This document shows, piece by piece, positions 52,401-64,000 of a stretch of DNA of 64,000 nucleotides (the stretch's first letter is position 1; the number at the start of each line of letters is the position of its first letter). Source of the stretch: Raillietiella orientalis (Eukaryota); NCBI GenBank assembly GCA_036172245.1, contig JAYWIR010000010.1, forward strand, positions 2,604,001 to 2,668,000. Direction: 5' to 3'. The position numbers and the translations under genes are program-made. The notes beneath the pieces were generated by a model. It was not told where the DNA came from. It did no database searches and saw only the letters and a list, made by a program, of their open reading frames with translations.

Positions 52401-55400
52401 TGCTTTTTTCCTTTTCTTTTTTTTTCTTTTTTTACTTGATTTCGTTTCAGACAAAGCGCCAATTTTTACTGCACCAGTATGGAGTGCCAATTAGCGAATA
52501 ATTATCAACATATTCGGATTCACATCCCTTGCTTTTCCGAGCATCAAACGATGAAACACTGCTTCAAATGTTCCTATTGTGGTTACATCCTAACGGAAGA
52601 TCCTTCATCCCGGATTATAGGATCTGCAGTAATAGTGAATGTTATGCCTTTTAACCGCAAAAATTGGAACTCGATGGAAAAAATATATTTTCGAGGTAGC
52701 AAAGTGATTGTGATCGAATCCCATTTGTTATTCAAAGATGATTTGGCTGAAAACCTGCATTTGGGTGCCAGATATGAAATCATATGCTTAATATTCAGTC
52801 ATTGGGAGAGCCATGTTCCCACAATGACAATAGAGGCAGTCTACACGAGATCAGTGCACGAAATATGGAGTAATCGACATCTCACGAACAACCCAATGCC
52901 CGAAAACATCCGAAAACTAAGAGATGACAGAAGAAGCTCTCCCTGGAGTTTCGTTATTAGTTTAGCTTCCGTTCTTGGATATCCCATGTTACCTTTGGGA
53001 GCCTACATCAACTTGAAGTTACTGCTTCTATTAAGTTTGGCGAGCCTCTCAGTAAGTGCAGAATATAATATATATTTAAAATATGCATTCTACTTGAGGC
53101 GTTGAATTCAAAAATTATCATTATGCAAGGGTTATTTCCATAGGTAAAAAGTCGTCATCAAGCTTACCGTCGATTTCAATGTAATTATTTCCTTTTGTTT
53201 TAATCAATTTTATGCGACACACATTCATGAGTAAATATATGATTGCAGAGGACTTTTCCAGAAAAAGACCTTGACTAACTGTTATCAAAAATCAAGCAGT
53301 CATTTCGTGATGGCTGCTAGGCATATCTCAGTCTTTTGATCCGAAATGAAACTAGAAACTAAAATAAACACGAAACTGCACTTTCTACCAAAATCCTGTC
53401 CAAAATCCGTCAGCTTTTCCGTCCATGTTTTCATGAGAATCAAGAAATCACGTGCTTTACCGAGTTATTCTCTGTGTCAACATACCCATCCACAATACCG
53501 TTTCGAAAATTTCGTCGATCCATCTTGGATCAAACTAAAGCAAAAACGTAGGTATTCTAGAAAAGCATAAATTAAAAAGTGAACTGCTTTATTTAAATTC
53601 ATTACATTACAATTACACTCCTTCATTCTGCCACGCCATTGACGCAGCAATTTTTGACATATTCATCGCAAAGTATAATGAAATTCCAAATCGCTATGAA
53701 CTCTGCTTGGCATTCATTCGAATTACTTCAGTGATGTTTCCTTCGTTTAAATTGTTCCAGGATCATAAAATATTCTTCTACACTTGAATACTTCTTAACG
53801 CTCATGAAGTTTTACACCTGGAGTTTTTCTTGAATTTCCTTGAAACTTTCCCAAAGACTTTTTTCTATTCATTCAGATATTTTTGAATTTGGCACCTCCC
53901 AGTCTTTTCAGTCGGACACCGAACTTCTTTCTTTTGATGCCAAAATGTATTACTGATTACTTCCTCACTCCTAAAAAATTCTTTGCTTCTCTATCATCAG
54001 ATAGCTTCATTTATTAGATAATTTCATGCTTTTTTATTAGATGCTATTGGAAACCCTGAGCTTACATTGGATTGTATGGAGAGCACCATGACTCATTGGT
54101 TATCATGTAAGCAGTGATTTCGTGTGCTTTCTGCCATATACGTAGGTTCAGGCCCCTTTTTCTTTTGCTTCAATCGAATCAAAGATAGGTACATCGCTGA
54201 GTGCTAAGCATCAGTCGATGACTGATGAACGGCGATGGGATCTATGGGAAAATAACAAATGCAACTTTTTGCGTAGAACTCAAAGAAAATAGAGCTCTGT
54301 GCTTCACCGGTGTCAGAAATTCGCACCCGTTATTAATTATCACACTGCTACTTATTTTGTGCGCTAAAGGGTCACTAATAAAATCTTTTCCATGAAAAGT
54401 TTTCTTCGCGTACTTTTGGCATTATCCTGTTTCATCATTCACGAAAACCAGTGGATTTATATTTAGCTTTATTAATTTTCATAGTCATCATAGCCATCCA
54501 TTTTCTTTTGCGTCTGTTTTTTTAAAAGCACACTTGGTGTGTGAAAATTCTTTCCATCATATGCTTTGGAAAAAATTCGGCAGCTCATTAATTTTCGCTC
54601 TAAAAAAGGGGGGGGGGGGGAACGCTTCATTTAAGTGTTGAGTGTCGCAGAAAGCTTTTATGAGAATTTCCTTTCCAAGAATGCAACCTGCAATCGTGAG
54701 ATGCAGTCGAATTTAAAAGTTTCGATGCTGAAACAGCTGCTTTGTAAACAACCCGTGCTTGCCACAGCTGCAGTATCATTCCAGACAGAGCTTTGGCTTT
54801 CCGTCATGATTTTCGATTCAGAAACAGAACTTGTGAAAGAGATCATTAAATACGCTCTGACGATCTGTCCACATTTCGTCGACCACAACGTCCTTAACTC
54901 CCTCACCGGATCGTTGCTCAAAGAGGTGTACGGACCCCAAACGTACTGCATCCAAAGTGGGAGCATCTCCCTAGCAACGAGTGGAATCTGCTACATTGAC
55001 AGTGTCCAGAAACTGAAGAAGGAAGCAATTACGGACCTGATACGAGGTGAGGTGCCACGTTTCAACATGGGTTTCATTCGGACAAAAACCCTTTTGTGCA
55101 GTTCTGGCAAACCGTCAGGTCATGTTCGATTTGCCTAGTGAACACGGTGGCAACAGGATGCACTTTCCACTGCTTTCTGCAATTTGGGTTTGCTGTGACA
55201 TGTCTCTTGCATCTCCTTCTGAAAAGTTCTTAATAGATTCTTTGGCCGAGTAGCTATATTTTTGCCTTTTTTTTTCTTTTCTTGTACACGATTAACGCAT
55301 ACCCATTTTAGCGTTTTTGATGTCGTAGCTGTTAATAAGATGATCGAAAATACCGAAGATGAATTAACTTCGCATATTTTACATCAGTTTTGTGAGGAAG

Positions 55401-58400
55401 CTGGTTCTAAGACACCGCTAATAAAACGCGAGGATTATATTAAGGTGCGTAGAAAATCTGTTATTAATATGAGGACAGACATACAATTTTTCATATACTT
55501 TTCGGTGGAAGTTTCGTACTTAATACTGAGGTGCAAATCTCCATGAGAGTCTACAAGCGCGAATAGCCATGTAAATTGTTCGTTTTTGTAAGATTTGCAC
55601 AGAATTTCTTTTACAATCGTGTATGAAGCAAGAGGAATGCTAGATTGCCATTTGCAGATAACCATATCAAATAAAACTTCATCAGTGACAATGGATATCA
55701 GGATGAGATCAGGATATCAGGATCACGAGAATGGATGATTTCGAATACATAGACATCATAATCGAAAATACTGATCACCTCTTTCTTGTTCTAGGTTTGC
55801 TTATCTTCTTACAAGCATCAAAGCAATAGGTCAGAGTGTGCTAATATAGGGCTGGCATTAATGCGTTCCAAAGTCCGTTCCATCATCTGCATGAAATGAT
55901 CTCAGGATTTTCTCCTCCTAGTTTGCAAGAGTCGCATCCAAGAGAGTGGTTCAAAATGATACTTTACATTCCTGTCTTAACCATTAAGGTTCACGAAGTC
56001 AGAGCGACGAAAACACAAAACAAGCACACGTGTAGTAAAGTGTTGGATACACAATGATGAGTAACATGCCTCTCCCAGATAACTGCATTTCCGAATTCCA
56101 TTAATTTTTTTCAAGAGTCGAAGGTGTTATGGGAACCCTACATCTTAAACGATACACAGGTTTTGCATTTGATTTTAGAAAGTTAAGAATTTAGTTTCTA
56201 TTCGCGGTGTTATTGAGGGAGTAATACTTGGCAGTATTCAGCAGACGACAACCTCTGGAATCCCCGAGAATACGTTCAGTAGCATTGTGTTGTATATTAC
56301 TGATGTAATGTATAAGCGTATTTCAACTTGAAGAACAAACAAAAATGGTGATACTTTGTACATTTTGTACGATCACCGCTAATCAATATGTTGCAACAGA
56401 GAACCCTTGTTGAGATTGAACACATAGCGAAAGCATGATCGGAATTTTCATGTTATAATAGCTCCATGCTCAACTTGCCAGTTCCAAACATGGATCTTCT
56501 GCAACTTGTGTATCTGCATTCAAGGGATTTTTTTCGCTACATCTGATCCCATTTATTCATATTACGAAATAATTGGCAGGTTAGGTTATAAAGTTCTATC
56601 GAATCTTGGCATCGTCGAGAAATATGCTGGATAATTCATAATTTTTGAAGAGTCCGAGTTCGGACTCATCAAAACTGAACTGATACGGATATGATCTGAT
56701 ATCAGATAAAGCATTTATGTTAAAGAAGTCTGATTCATAAACTATAATAATTAATCATTTCAGCTATTGCAGATGTTGCCACCTGGGCGTCTGAGGATCT
56801 CCCCAGAGGCAAAATCATTGCTACAAAAGTATTATGTTGCAAGTAGAAGAGTTCGTTGCACAAAAACAGATAGGACAGAGTTCCAAGTCCATGCCATTAA
56901 AACCTTGTAGGTGCATTTTAAATTAAAGAAAATTAACGGAATCTCTACTGCGAACCGTAATCGTAAAGAAAAGAGCGATTTACTGAGATCGATTTCCAAA
57001 TTTGCTTCGAAGAAACTCACTATTGATTTATGCAAATTCAATCATCTATACCATTCATCTTTTTATCTCTTTTAACTCTTCTTTCTGAGATTCCTATTTT
57101 CCTATGAGGGGCGAGAGTTGCCATCATTTGTTCTCAAAATGAGCACATTTTTAACCATACGTTCGCCTCGTTGGTCTTTTACTAGAAAGGTCAAAGATAG
57201 AAGGGTTCTATCTCTGACTTTAACAGGATCTTCGGAGAGAAAGTTTCTTTCTCTTCCTGATTTTTTACAAAGTATCCCTTTTTGAATTTTGAATTTTTTT
57301 CGAGAAGCTCAAATTTGATTATGAGGATCTCCATCGCGAATCCGTTTTCGTTCGTCTTCAAAGCAATTTGAGCTCCTGAAATTTGCCTCTTTGAAAGCAA
57401 CTGTACTGAATGCAGACTATCAGCAGGAAAGTGTCAAATGATGCTAACTTTGAATTGTTGATCAGATCTGTATCTAAGCCGAACATTCCAATGAAATTTT
57501 CCAAAATCTTTCTAAAGAAGCAAACTATCGTGAATTCATGATCCATTTGTGGAAAGGCCTGCTAATTACCGGTAGCTTTTCCATAAAACGGGTTTGAAAG
57601 GCATTCAAAGAAATAAGAGTGTGAACAACGACGAGCATAATGCGAAATGATTCTTAGCAGTCCTGCAAAAGTGAAGAATCATCTGTGATGACTTGAATCA
57701 GGCTGACTCGAATGTACCGGACAGAATGGTGGAGAATTTGGGAAAATGGAGAATTTATGGGGGAAAGTTTAGCACGGCAAGATATCCGCTTCGTTTAGCG
57801 AAAGAATTCTTTTCCCAAATAAGTTGTCTTGCTAACACTTCTGCAATTCGCAGTTTTTAAGAAGGATTTCCAGTTGTTATGGAAAAAGCTGCTTTTATGG
57901 AAACTTCAAGGGATCAGCCAAAGGGTTCTTTCAGTCTCTGCTTTCCACTGCTTCTTGAAACTACAACCATTCCTTCCCTCTCGCTTTCTCCCCAGAGGGT
58001 TTCTTGAAATTTTTTTCGGGATAAATGCTGAAAGGAGTTCCAAAATCATGAACAGAATACAGAACAGATTAAAAAAATGCTTTTCCCCAAATTGAATAAT
58101 TTCCAAACCGAAAGTGACAAACACCATTATGGATGAGAAGCCGAATAAATTCAAGTCTTCAAGATTAGAAGAACGATAATGTGATTTCTAACAGACAACA
58201 AGACATAATGATGAGCAATAGTTATCGGCAAAGGATGAAGGCGGCTCTTCCATTCGAGGGAATGATGAGTAACTGTTTTCGAATAATGCATGCACGTAGG
58301 AAAAGAGTTTTGGGCTCGAAACGGACTCGAAAAAAGAGGTCCAGCTATGTGCAAAAGTGGTTATAACTTAGTATGGTTTCATGCAGTCCGTTCCATTTCG

Positions 58401-60521
58401 GTCCATTGAGAAGATTCAGATTATACGAGGCGTAAGGATCAAAGTTGGATGTATCCGTAGCAAACGGTGGAATCCACATGAAGCATGAATGAGGAATGGA
58501 GAACATTTTTTTGATACACAGGACTGATTTTCTCGAAAACCAGGACACACGTTCTTAGGTTTCGGAAGAATTACGAGGCAGGAATGGTTCTTCATTACCG
58601 TGAGAAATGCAGGACTCGATTAAGAATTCCATGTTGCTGTTTTTTTTTTTTTTTTTTTCCTACCAGGAGAGGATAAGAACATATAGGGCAGAGAATGGTT
58701 GAGTCTTTTGAGTCCTTTTGTACAAGGTGATTGCAATTTTTTAAACGTCTGCTTCACTCTATCTCTGTAAAGCAGTACATGCTTTTGCATTTCTGTCACT
58801 TTTCACAGTGAGGGATAAGTCTCAAAGTGTTCAAACAAATCATCGATATATGCCTTGGAAACTTACTCTCATAGGATTTGTTTATCCGAGAAAAAGGATT
58901 CTGAGAGATCCCTCAGAATGGGGGCTTGTAACTGAAGCACTGTGCTAAGATAACGTATGAAGGGATTTTCTTTTTTTCTACAATTTTTGAACCGATGGAA
59001 ATTAACGTTGGGCCAATTGCGATGATGATGGACAAGCTGGCGATTACGAATCTCGACTTCCTCTTTCTTACCGGAGTGTGTGTATGGAAAAAGCACAGCT
59101 ATGCTCATTTCATATACATATATCTCCTCGTTATCTCTGGACTACAGCCATGGGTTTTTCTTGTAGATCTTCAGCAACTGTCGATTCGGTTGTTTTCATC
59201 TGGTGTTATTACAGCTGTCGATGCCTCGTGCAAATCGTTCTTAAATTTTGTTTTATTCCAATTGGGTGCTCGTGATTTGCTCTTGAAGGATAAAGCAGTT
59301 ATAAAGACTAAAAACTAACAAAGATAAGTCTTAGAGAGTCTGACAAGCACAGTTTGTGAGAATCCCGATATGGTACTTATTTGTGAATGTTAAGCTCATT
59401 CTCCAGCGCATTTGGAAACAAATATATACGAGCAGTTTCACTTCACTCTTTCCATTAAGTGCATGGCACTGGCAAATTTCATCATGATCAGAAGGATGCT
59501 CAAAAACATCTGCTCTGTTGAGTTCGAACGGTAAGCAATTTCTGAATCAAATTAATTTATGTGGCGCAAAGGTCTTCATTGCATCCTGGTTTTCGTGAGG
59601 ATTTGGGAACAAAGGGTATGATGATGGATCCTGTAGTGTGTTCACCACCATAGGGGCAATGACACAACAACGCACTCTTTGATTTGGGTTGCAACCCTTT
59701 TCTAGAAGACACCGTCGCTTCACAAATGCCGTTTTCGTCGTTTTGCTTGTATCAGAAAGGTCGAAAGCGCACTAATTTTATGGTGATTGCAGAATGAGTC
59801 TCGCAGAAAGCCACGCCAAACTGATGCTCAAGGACGAAGTCAAAGTAGAGGACTCCATCTTCGCAATATATTTTTATGAAGAGTTTCTGTCATCAAGATA
59901 TGGCTATTCTCCCTTAGGAGTTCAGCCTGTTACGCACATTCCTTCCAGGATCTTTCAAAGTTACATCGGATTGCAAGTAAAAATTCTGCACAGTTTTTTT
60001 TTCTCCCTCTCCCTCCCCCTCTCTCTAAGAACACCTTATTACCATTTTTGTCAAATTTCGTTCAACTTTCTCACACACTGTATCGAGAAGCAGAACTCAA
60101 GTTTGAATTGCAAAAGATTTCCCGTTGAATCTTCTTTATGGGATCGATGCACGATTGCTGCAGACTCCCATCATTCCAATGACTCGAAAAAAAATTCTCG
60201 GAATTGTATTTCAGATAGGCATTTACTCTATCATCTTATCAAATTGAAGGAATAATTTCAGGAGAATTTCTTCTTCTTCTCTCTCTCTCTCTCTCTCTCC
60301 TTGTTTCGGAAATGTTTTCTAAGATAAACTGTAATTACTGATTTGAAATTAGTCATGTAATTTTGAAAATTGGCTGCATACATGGCTATTTTTCATTTTC
60401 GGAAACATAATATATTTTATTTTCCTTTCAGAACGATGAGAAGCTGTGGAACTTTCATGGAAGTTTGAAAACGTTCCTAGAGACACACGTTGGAGATTTC
60501 AATTCTTCTTGGATAGAGTGA
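49463..60521 (+). CDS. MCMDC2: MCM domain-containing protein 2 (meiotic recombination factor, mei-217/mei-218 related), 9 coding exons
   Basis: Exons 49463-49631, 49719-49983, 52451-53051, 54680-55046, 55102-55249, 55312-55444, 56764-56906, 59793-59976, 60432-60521; GT-AG and frame-consistent. Diagnostic segments LKEACVYFL, VYRFVIHVDP, YQHIRIHIP, CSYCGYILTED, SSPWSF, GAYINLKLLLLLSL, IQSGSISLATSGICYID, KYYVASRRVR, SLAESHAKL. Exons 7 and 9 are absent from the ORF track. Confidence 0.9.
60278..60299. repeat. (CT)n microsatellite in the last MCMDC2 intron
   Basis: About 11 TC units directly visible. Confidence 0.9.
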
Positions 60522-62299
60522 GAACAGAGTTGCGTGTATTCCACTTTTCGAATTCATTCCAGCAGAAAAACGGATTCGAAAAGTAGAATGAACATAATGC
60601 TGATCTCATTCTTCTATCATTCGAAAGTCTAGATCAAAAACGCACACTCGCACACGGCATTTTATTTTAATAAAATATGCACAGTGTGAGCAGAGAAGTA
60701 CGAAATGCATTAAAATTACATGAATCAGAGCGACGCGCTTATTAATGTTTCCCACGAAGGCAGTCAGTCTCCTAAGGGCAAAGTGGGCTTCTTGCACAGC
60801 TGATGTAAACTTTGGAAAATTCATCTTCAGTGACGAGATCCAATTTTGTCTCGTGAGCTTCTATGTGTCAAACATTGCTTCCAATCGGTGACCTTTCCAT
60901 TTCAACTTGGTCAATAGCAAAAAGACTCCGAGAGTTATATCAACGGTTAAGCTCTTGGTCCCGTTTTTAGATGAAAACTCCATACAAGCTCCTTTTAGAT
61001 TGAAGGCGCACTGTCATGCAAAGTCCGCTAGCGTTTCGGATCTGCTGACTTCAAACGTCAGATTTTTTTTTTACTCATATAAATGGTCAGTACCTCTACG
61101 TGTGATGGTGGCAGTCTACCTTCTCATAGAATGATTCGTCTTTTCCAATGCATAAGTCCTGAAAACGAATTTGTTGACCATGGTCAACTGATTGATTACC
61201 ATTCTGCCTCTTCGTCTCTATCGATCAACCGCCATAGTTAACAACTTTTTCTTTCCGTTCTCAGTTTTCATAATCAACCATTCTCTACGTTCAGTAACTA
61301 GCAAATGCCTATTTCTCGTCAAATGGCATACATCGTCATACATAGACCACCACCGCAACCATTCCAATGAATTTAAAAGACAATCGATAACGGTTAGCTG
61401 AGCGAATTCTATTAGGTCAAATCCGGTAGCATTCGATCAGCTTTTTAGGATTTCCGAATCAGCATCCGAATTCCATCTTCTTTGTTTCCTCGTGCCATGC
61501 TCCCCGAATTTCCTCAAACGTTTTATCGCAATTAAAACAGTCTACGGACCTTCTGATGACCCTTTTGTTCTTATCGGTCGGATTACGACCTGCCTTAAAG
61601 CACCACAGCAATCTTACTTTATGATTCGCATCCTTACTTCATTGATGAGCTAACACTGATCTTCAATCCTACCATTCGAATTTTCCGTTTTCTCTTAGTC
61701 TAATATATGGAATAATCACACTCTTCCGATGTGAAACTTATCACGATGCCTAAATCAGTTCATATGCAAGAATTTTATACACCTTGGCAAAGGCCAACCT
61801 TGTTCATCTCAAATCTCAAATCATGTCAGCCTCCCAGCCGATGCAGCAACTTAATGACACTTTTTATTTTAACAAAGTGTAAATGTCAGTTTTTCCAGTA
61901 CACATATATACTCGAAATTGGAAACAATTTTTTTCTATATTTTCAGAAAAATGATTTTTATCATTGTACTTAAACGCTCCTTTTATTCAACAGTAATTAT
62001 GCATTAATAATCTGAAGATTCAGGGCATTATGTCAATCAAAACACATTCTTCAAGATCTCTCAAGATATTCTTATAATTATTATACTAAACATCAAGTAT
62101 TAAACAACGTTTCATTATTTAGTAATTAATTAATAAGACACATTATATAGTATAATTTAATGACTATGTTTAATGAAATTAAGTATCAGTTTTTTCACAA
62201 ATTAACATTGCAAATTGAATATAATAAAAAAAATTTGAATCTTAAATCAATAGAGTATGTGGATGGAGTTGATCTTAAGGGTGCGGAGTCTTGCTGTGG

Positions 62300-63100
62300 C
62301 CGACAACTGGCAGGTGTCTTGGAGACAGAACTGGTGTATGAAATATGTGGTTAGCAAGAACAGATTTATTTTGCATATATTGGGGTACACACACACAAAA
62401 AAAAAAAGGATCGAAAGCCGAAGTCTTCATGTCTTTCCAATCTTGTCGAGGGGACATCCCGGTTCATTCTTAAGAAGCAACGCTGTCCGATTCAAAACTG
62501 CTGGAGAAGACGAGGTGCCATCTATTCCATAATCGGTTTGCACCAAGCAATTCATTGCCAAATTGCCCAAGCTCTTCCTATTGATGCTGCCGCAAGATTT
62601 ACAAGCTTGATCTGCTTTTGATTTCTTATCAACTTCCCTTAATTCATTGACAAAGTTGCCAGTAATACTCCAGGGTGTGATGGATCTGATGTCCATCTAG
62701 TAACTGTTTTTGTCTGCCAATGAACCCTTCATTGTGCACTTGATGTCTATCCTGAAATGGAAAGGGAGATTCAAAGTTTCGTGGAATGGCAGAATTCGAA
62801 AGCTTCAAGATCAATTTCTTTTTGGTATTTCTATTTGGCAGTGGTTTATGACCACAAAACTGGTCATGTGCCTGTTATGGGGTTTATTAGTCCCATTTGC
62901 TCATGGAAGGGAAACTGTAGTCTCTTCTATGCACCCTGGTTTCTCGGGAGAATGGCACACGAAAGGAGTAACATACACTTAACCCAAGGATAGACTGCGG
63001 ACTCTGGGATTTTCGAGACATCAGCAGCAGATAAAGAAAAAATTCTCATGCATGCTTTTTCGCTCGCTGTCCGCCTAAGGTCAAACAGTTGGACAGAATT
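62300..63100 (-). mobile_element. Possible decayed LINE ORF2 fragment
   Basis: INRKSLGNLAMNCLVQTDYGI loosely resembles the post-RT RVSxxxLxxPKxxGGLG region of L1/Tx1; otherwise degenerate. Confidence 0.25.
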
Positions 63101-64000
63101 ATGGGTTTCACATCAAATGGCCTACAGTGAGAGTGGGTTTAGAAAATAAGAATGCTGGCCTCCCTTTCCGTAAGGGCTTATTTCTGCAAGGCAAAGCAAG
63201 AATGCCCCTCTGTAGTACCCTAAATTCAGTTTGAGTTCGGAACCCTGATCATTCTAGATTCAGTTGATCTCCATCACTGCCGAATGGAACCGCGCAAGAT
63301 GCCCTTCGGCAAGATTCAATGGTAGCAAAAGACAGTCCTCCTACAGTGGCGAAACATGCTGGTTCCTTTTCATTGCTGGTGTGCAGTTTATTTGTCGTGT
63401 TCAGTTGAAAAGACAGGTGACTTCATTCCAAAAATTCCAGTTTTCAGAGAAATACGAATCCGGTTATGCTCATCCGGTTATATATTCAAATACGAATCCG
63501 GTCAAACATGGGCACCCTTCTGGTCAGCGTATTTTCTAGCCTAAAGTGTTTTAGGAAGCTATCAGCAAAAATGCACGTGGAAAAGCAACACTCAATATTT
63601 TCCCCATTTCCAGATTTTGGAAAGAAGACTTCAAACTTGGTGCTGTCGCGTCGTCAACACGTTATCAGCACGTAGGGATGCAATTACGCAAAACGCAAAT
63701 TCAAGGAGAACACGTGCTCACGCGAAGAGTGTCTCGTTCCTGCGAAGAAGTGCCGCTCCATGCAACGATGTGGACTACTTAGTGCCTGACCTGGGAAGAG
63801 CCATCCCGGGATTGCCTTCCGAAGGACACTCTTCCACTCTTCTCTTATATTTTAGAACCCAATGTGAAGGATTCGCTCATCACCGAGTGAGCTGTAGTGA
63901 TGGTCCGGAAACCACCAGTGAGAAATGAAATCTCTTGCCCTATTTTGAGAGTGTCAGATTGTCTTGGACCCCTTGAAACAGTGTGATACTCAACATGATT

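Noticed and set aside
54192..54250. Hammerhead ribozyme (CTGATGA inside a hairpin)
   Set aside because: CTGATG is itself paired in a stem and there is no stem II before a GAAA; a simple hairpin.
59407..59530. Extra MCMDC2 exon bounded by CAG and GTAAG
   Set aside because: No resemblance to MCMDC2; exon 56764-56906 already supplies the YYVASRR segment and joins 59793 in frame.
50089..63505. Short imperfect tandem repeats near 50089-50122, 55693-55723 and 63449-63502
   Set aside because: Two to four units each, consistent with ordinary slippage; no higher-order pattern.

Overview
Eukaryotic (most likely arthropod) genomic DNA, not prokaryotic; no CRISPR array, tRNA or rRNA gene seen. Five spliced protein-coding genes were reconstructed by hand with GT-AG introns: UBR1/UBR2-type N-recognin E3 ligase (-, 2487-7976), PCF11 (-, 23548-28675), RRP8 (+, 40450-41516), ELP4 (-, 45428-46805) and the meiotic MCM-family gene MCMDC2 (+, 49463-60521). 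The four housekeeping genes have tiny coding-region introns (mostly 41-52 nt), and the sampled UBR and PCF11 exons are almost CpG-free, whereas MCMDC2 and the intergenic blocks are CpG-replete and hold decayed L1/Tx1-like non-LTR retrotransposons. Most notable: (1) PCF11 ends in a lamin-like CaaX motif (CTIM) after a basic patch, suggesting a prenylated 3'-end processing factor; (2) a LINE family with a multi-hairpin 3' end and no poly(A) tail, present as three copies, two with their own 14-16 bp target-site duplications at similar target sequences. All gene and family assignments come from motif recognition, not database searches.
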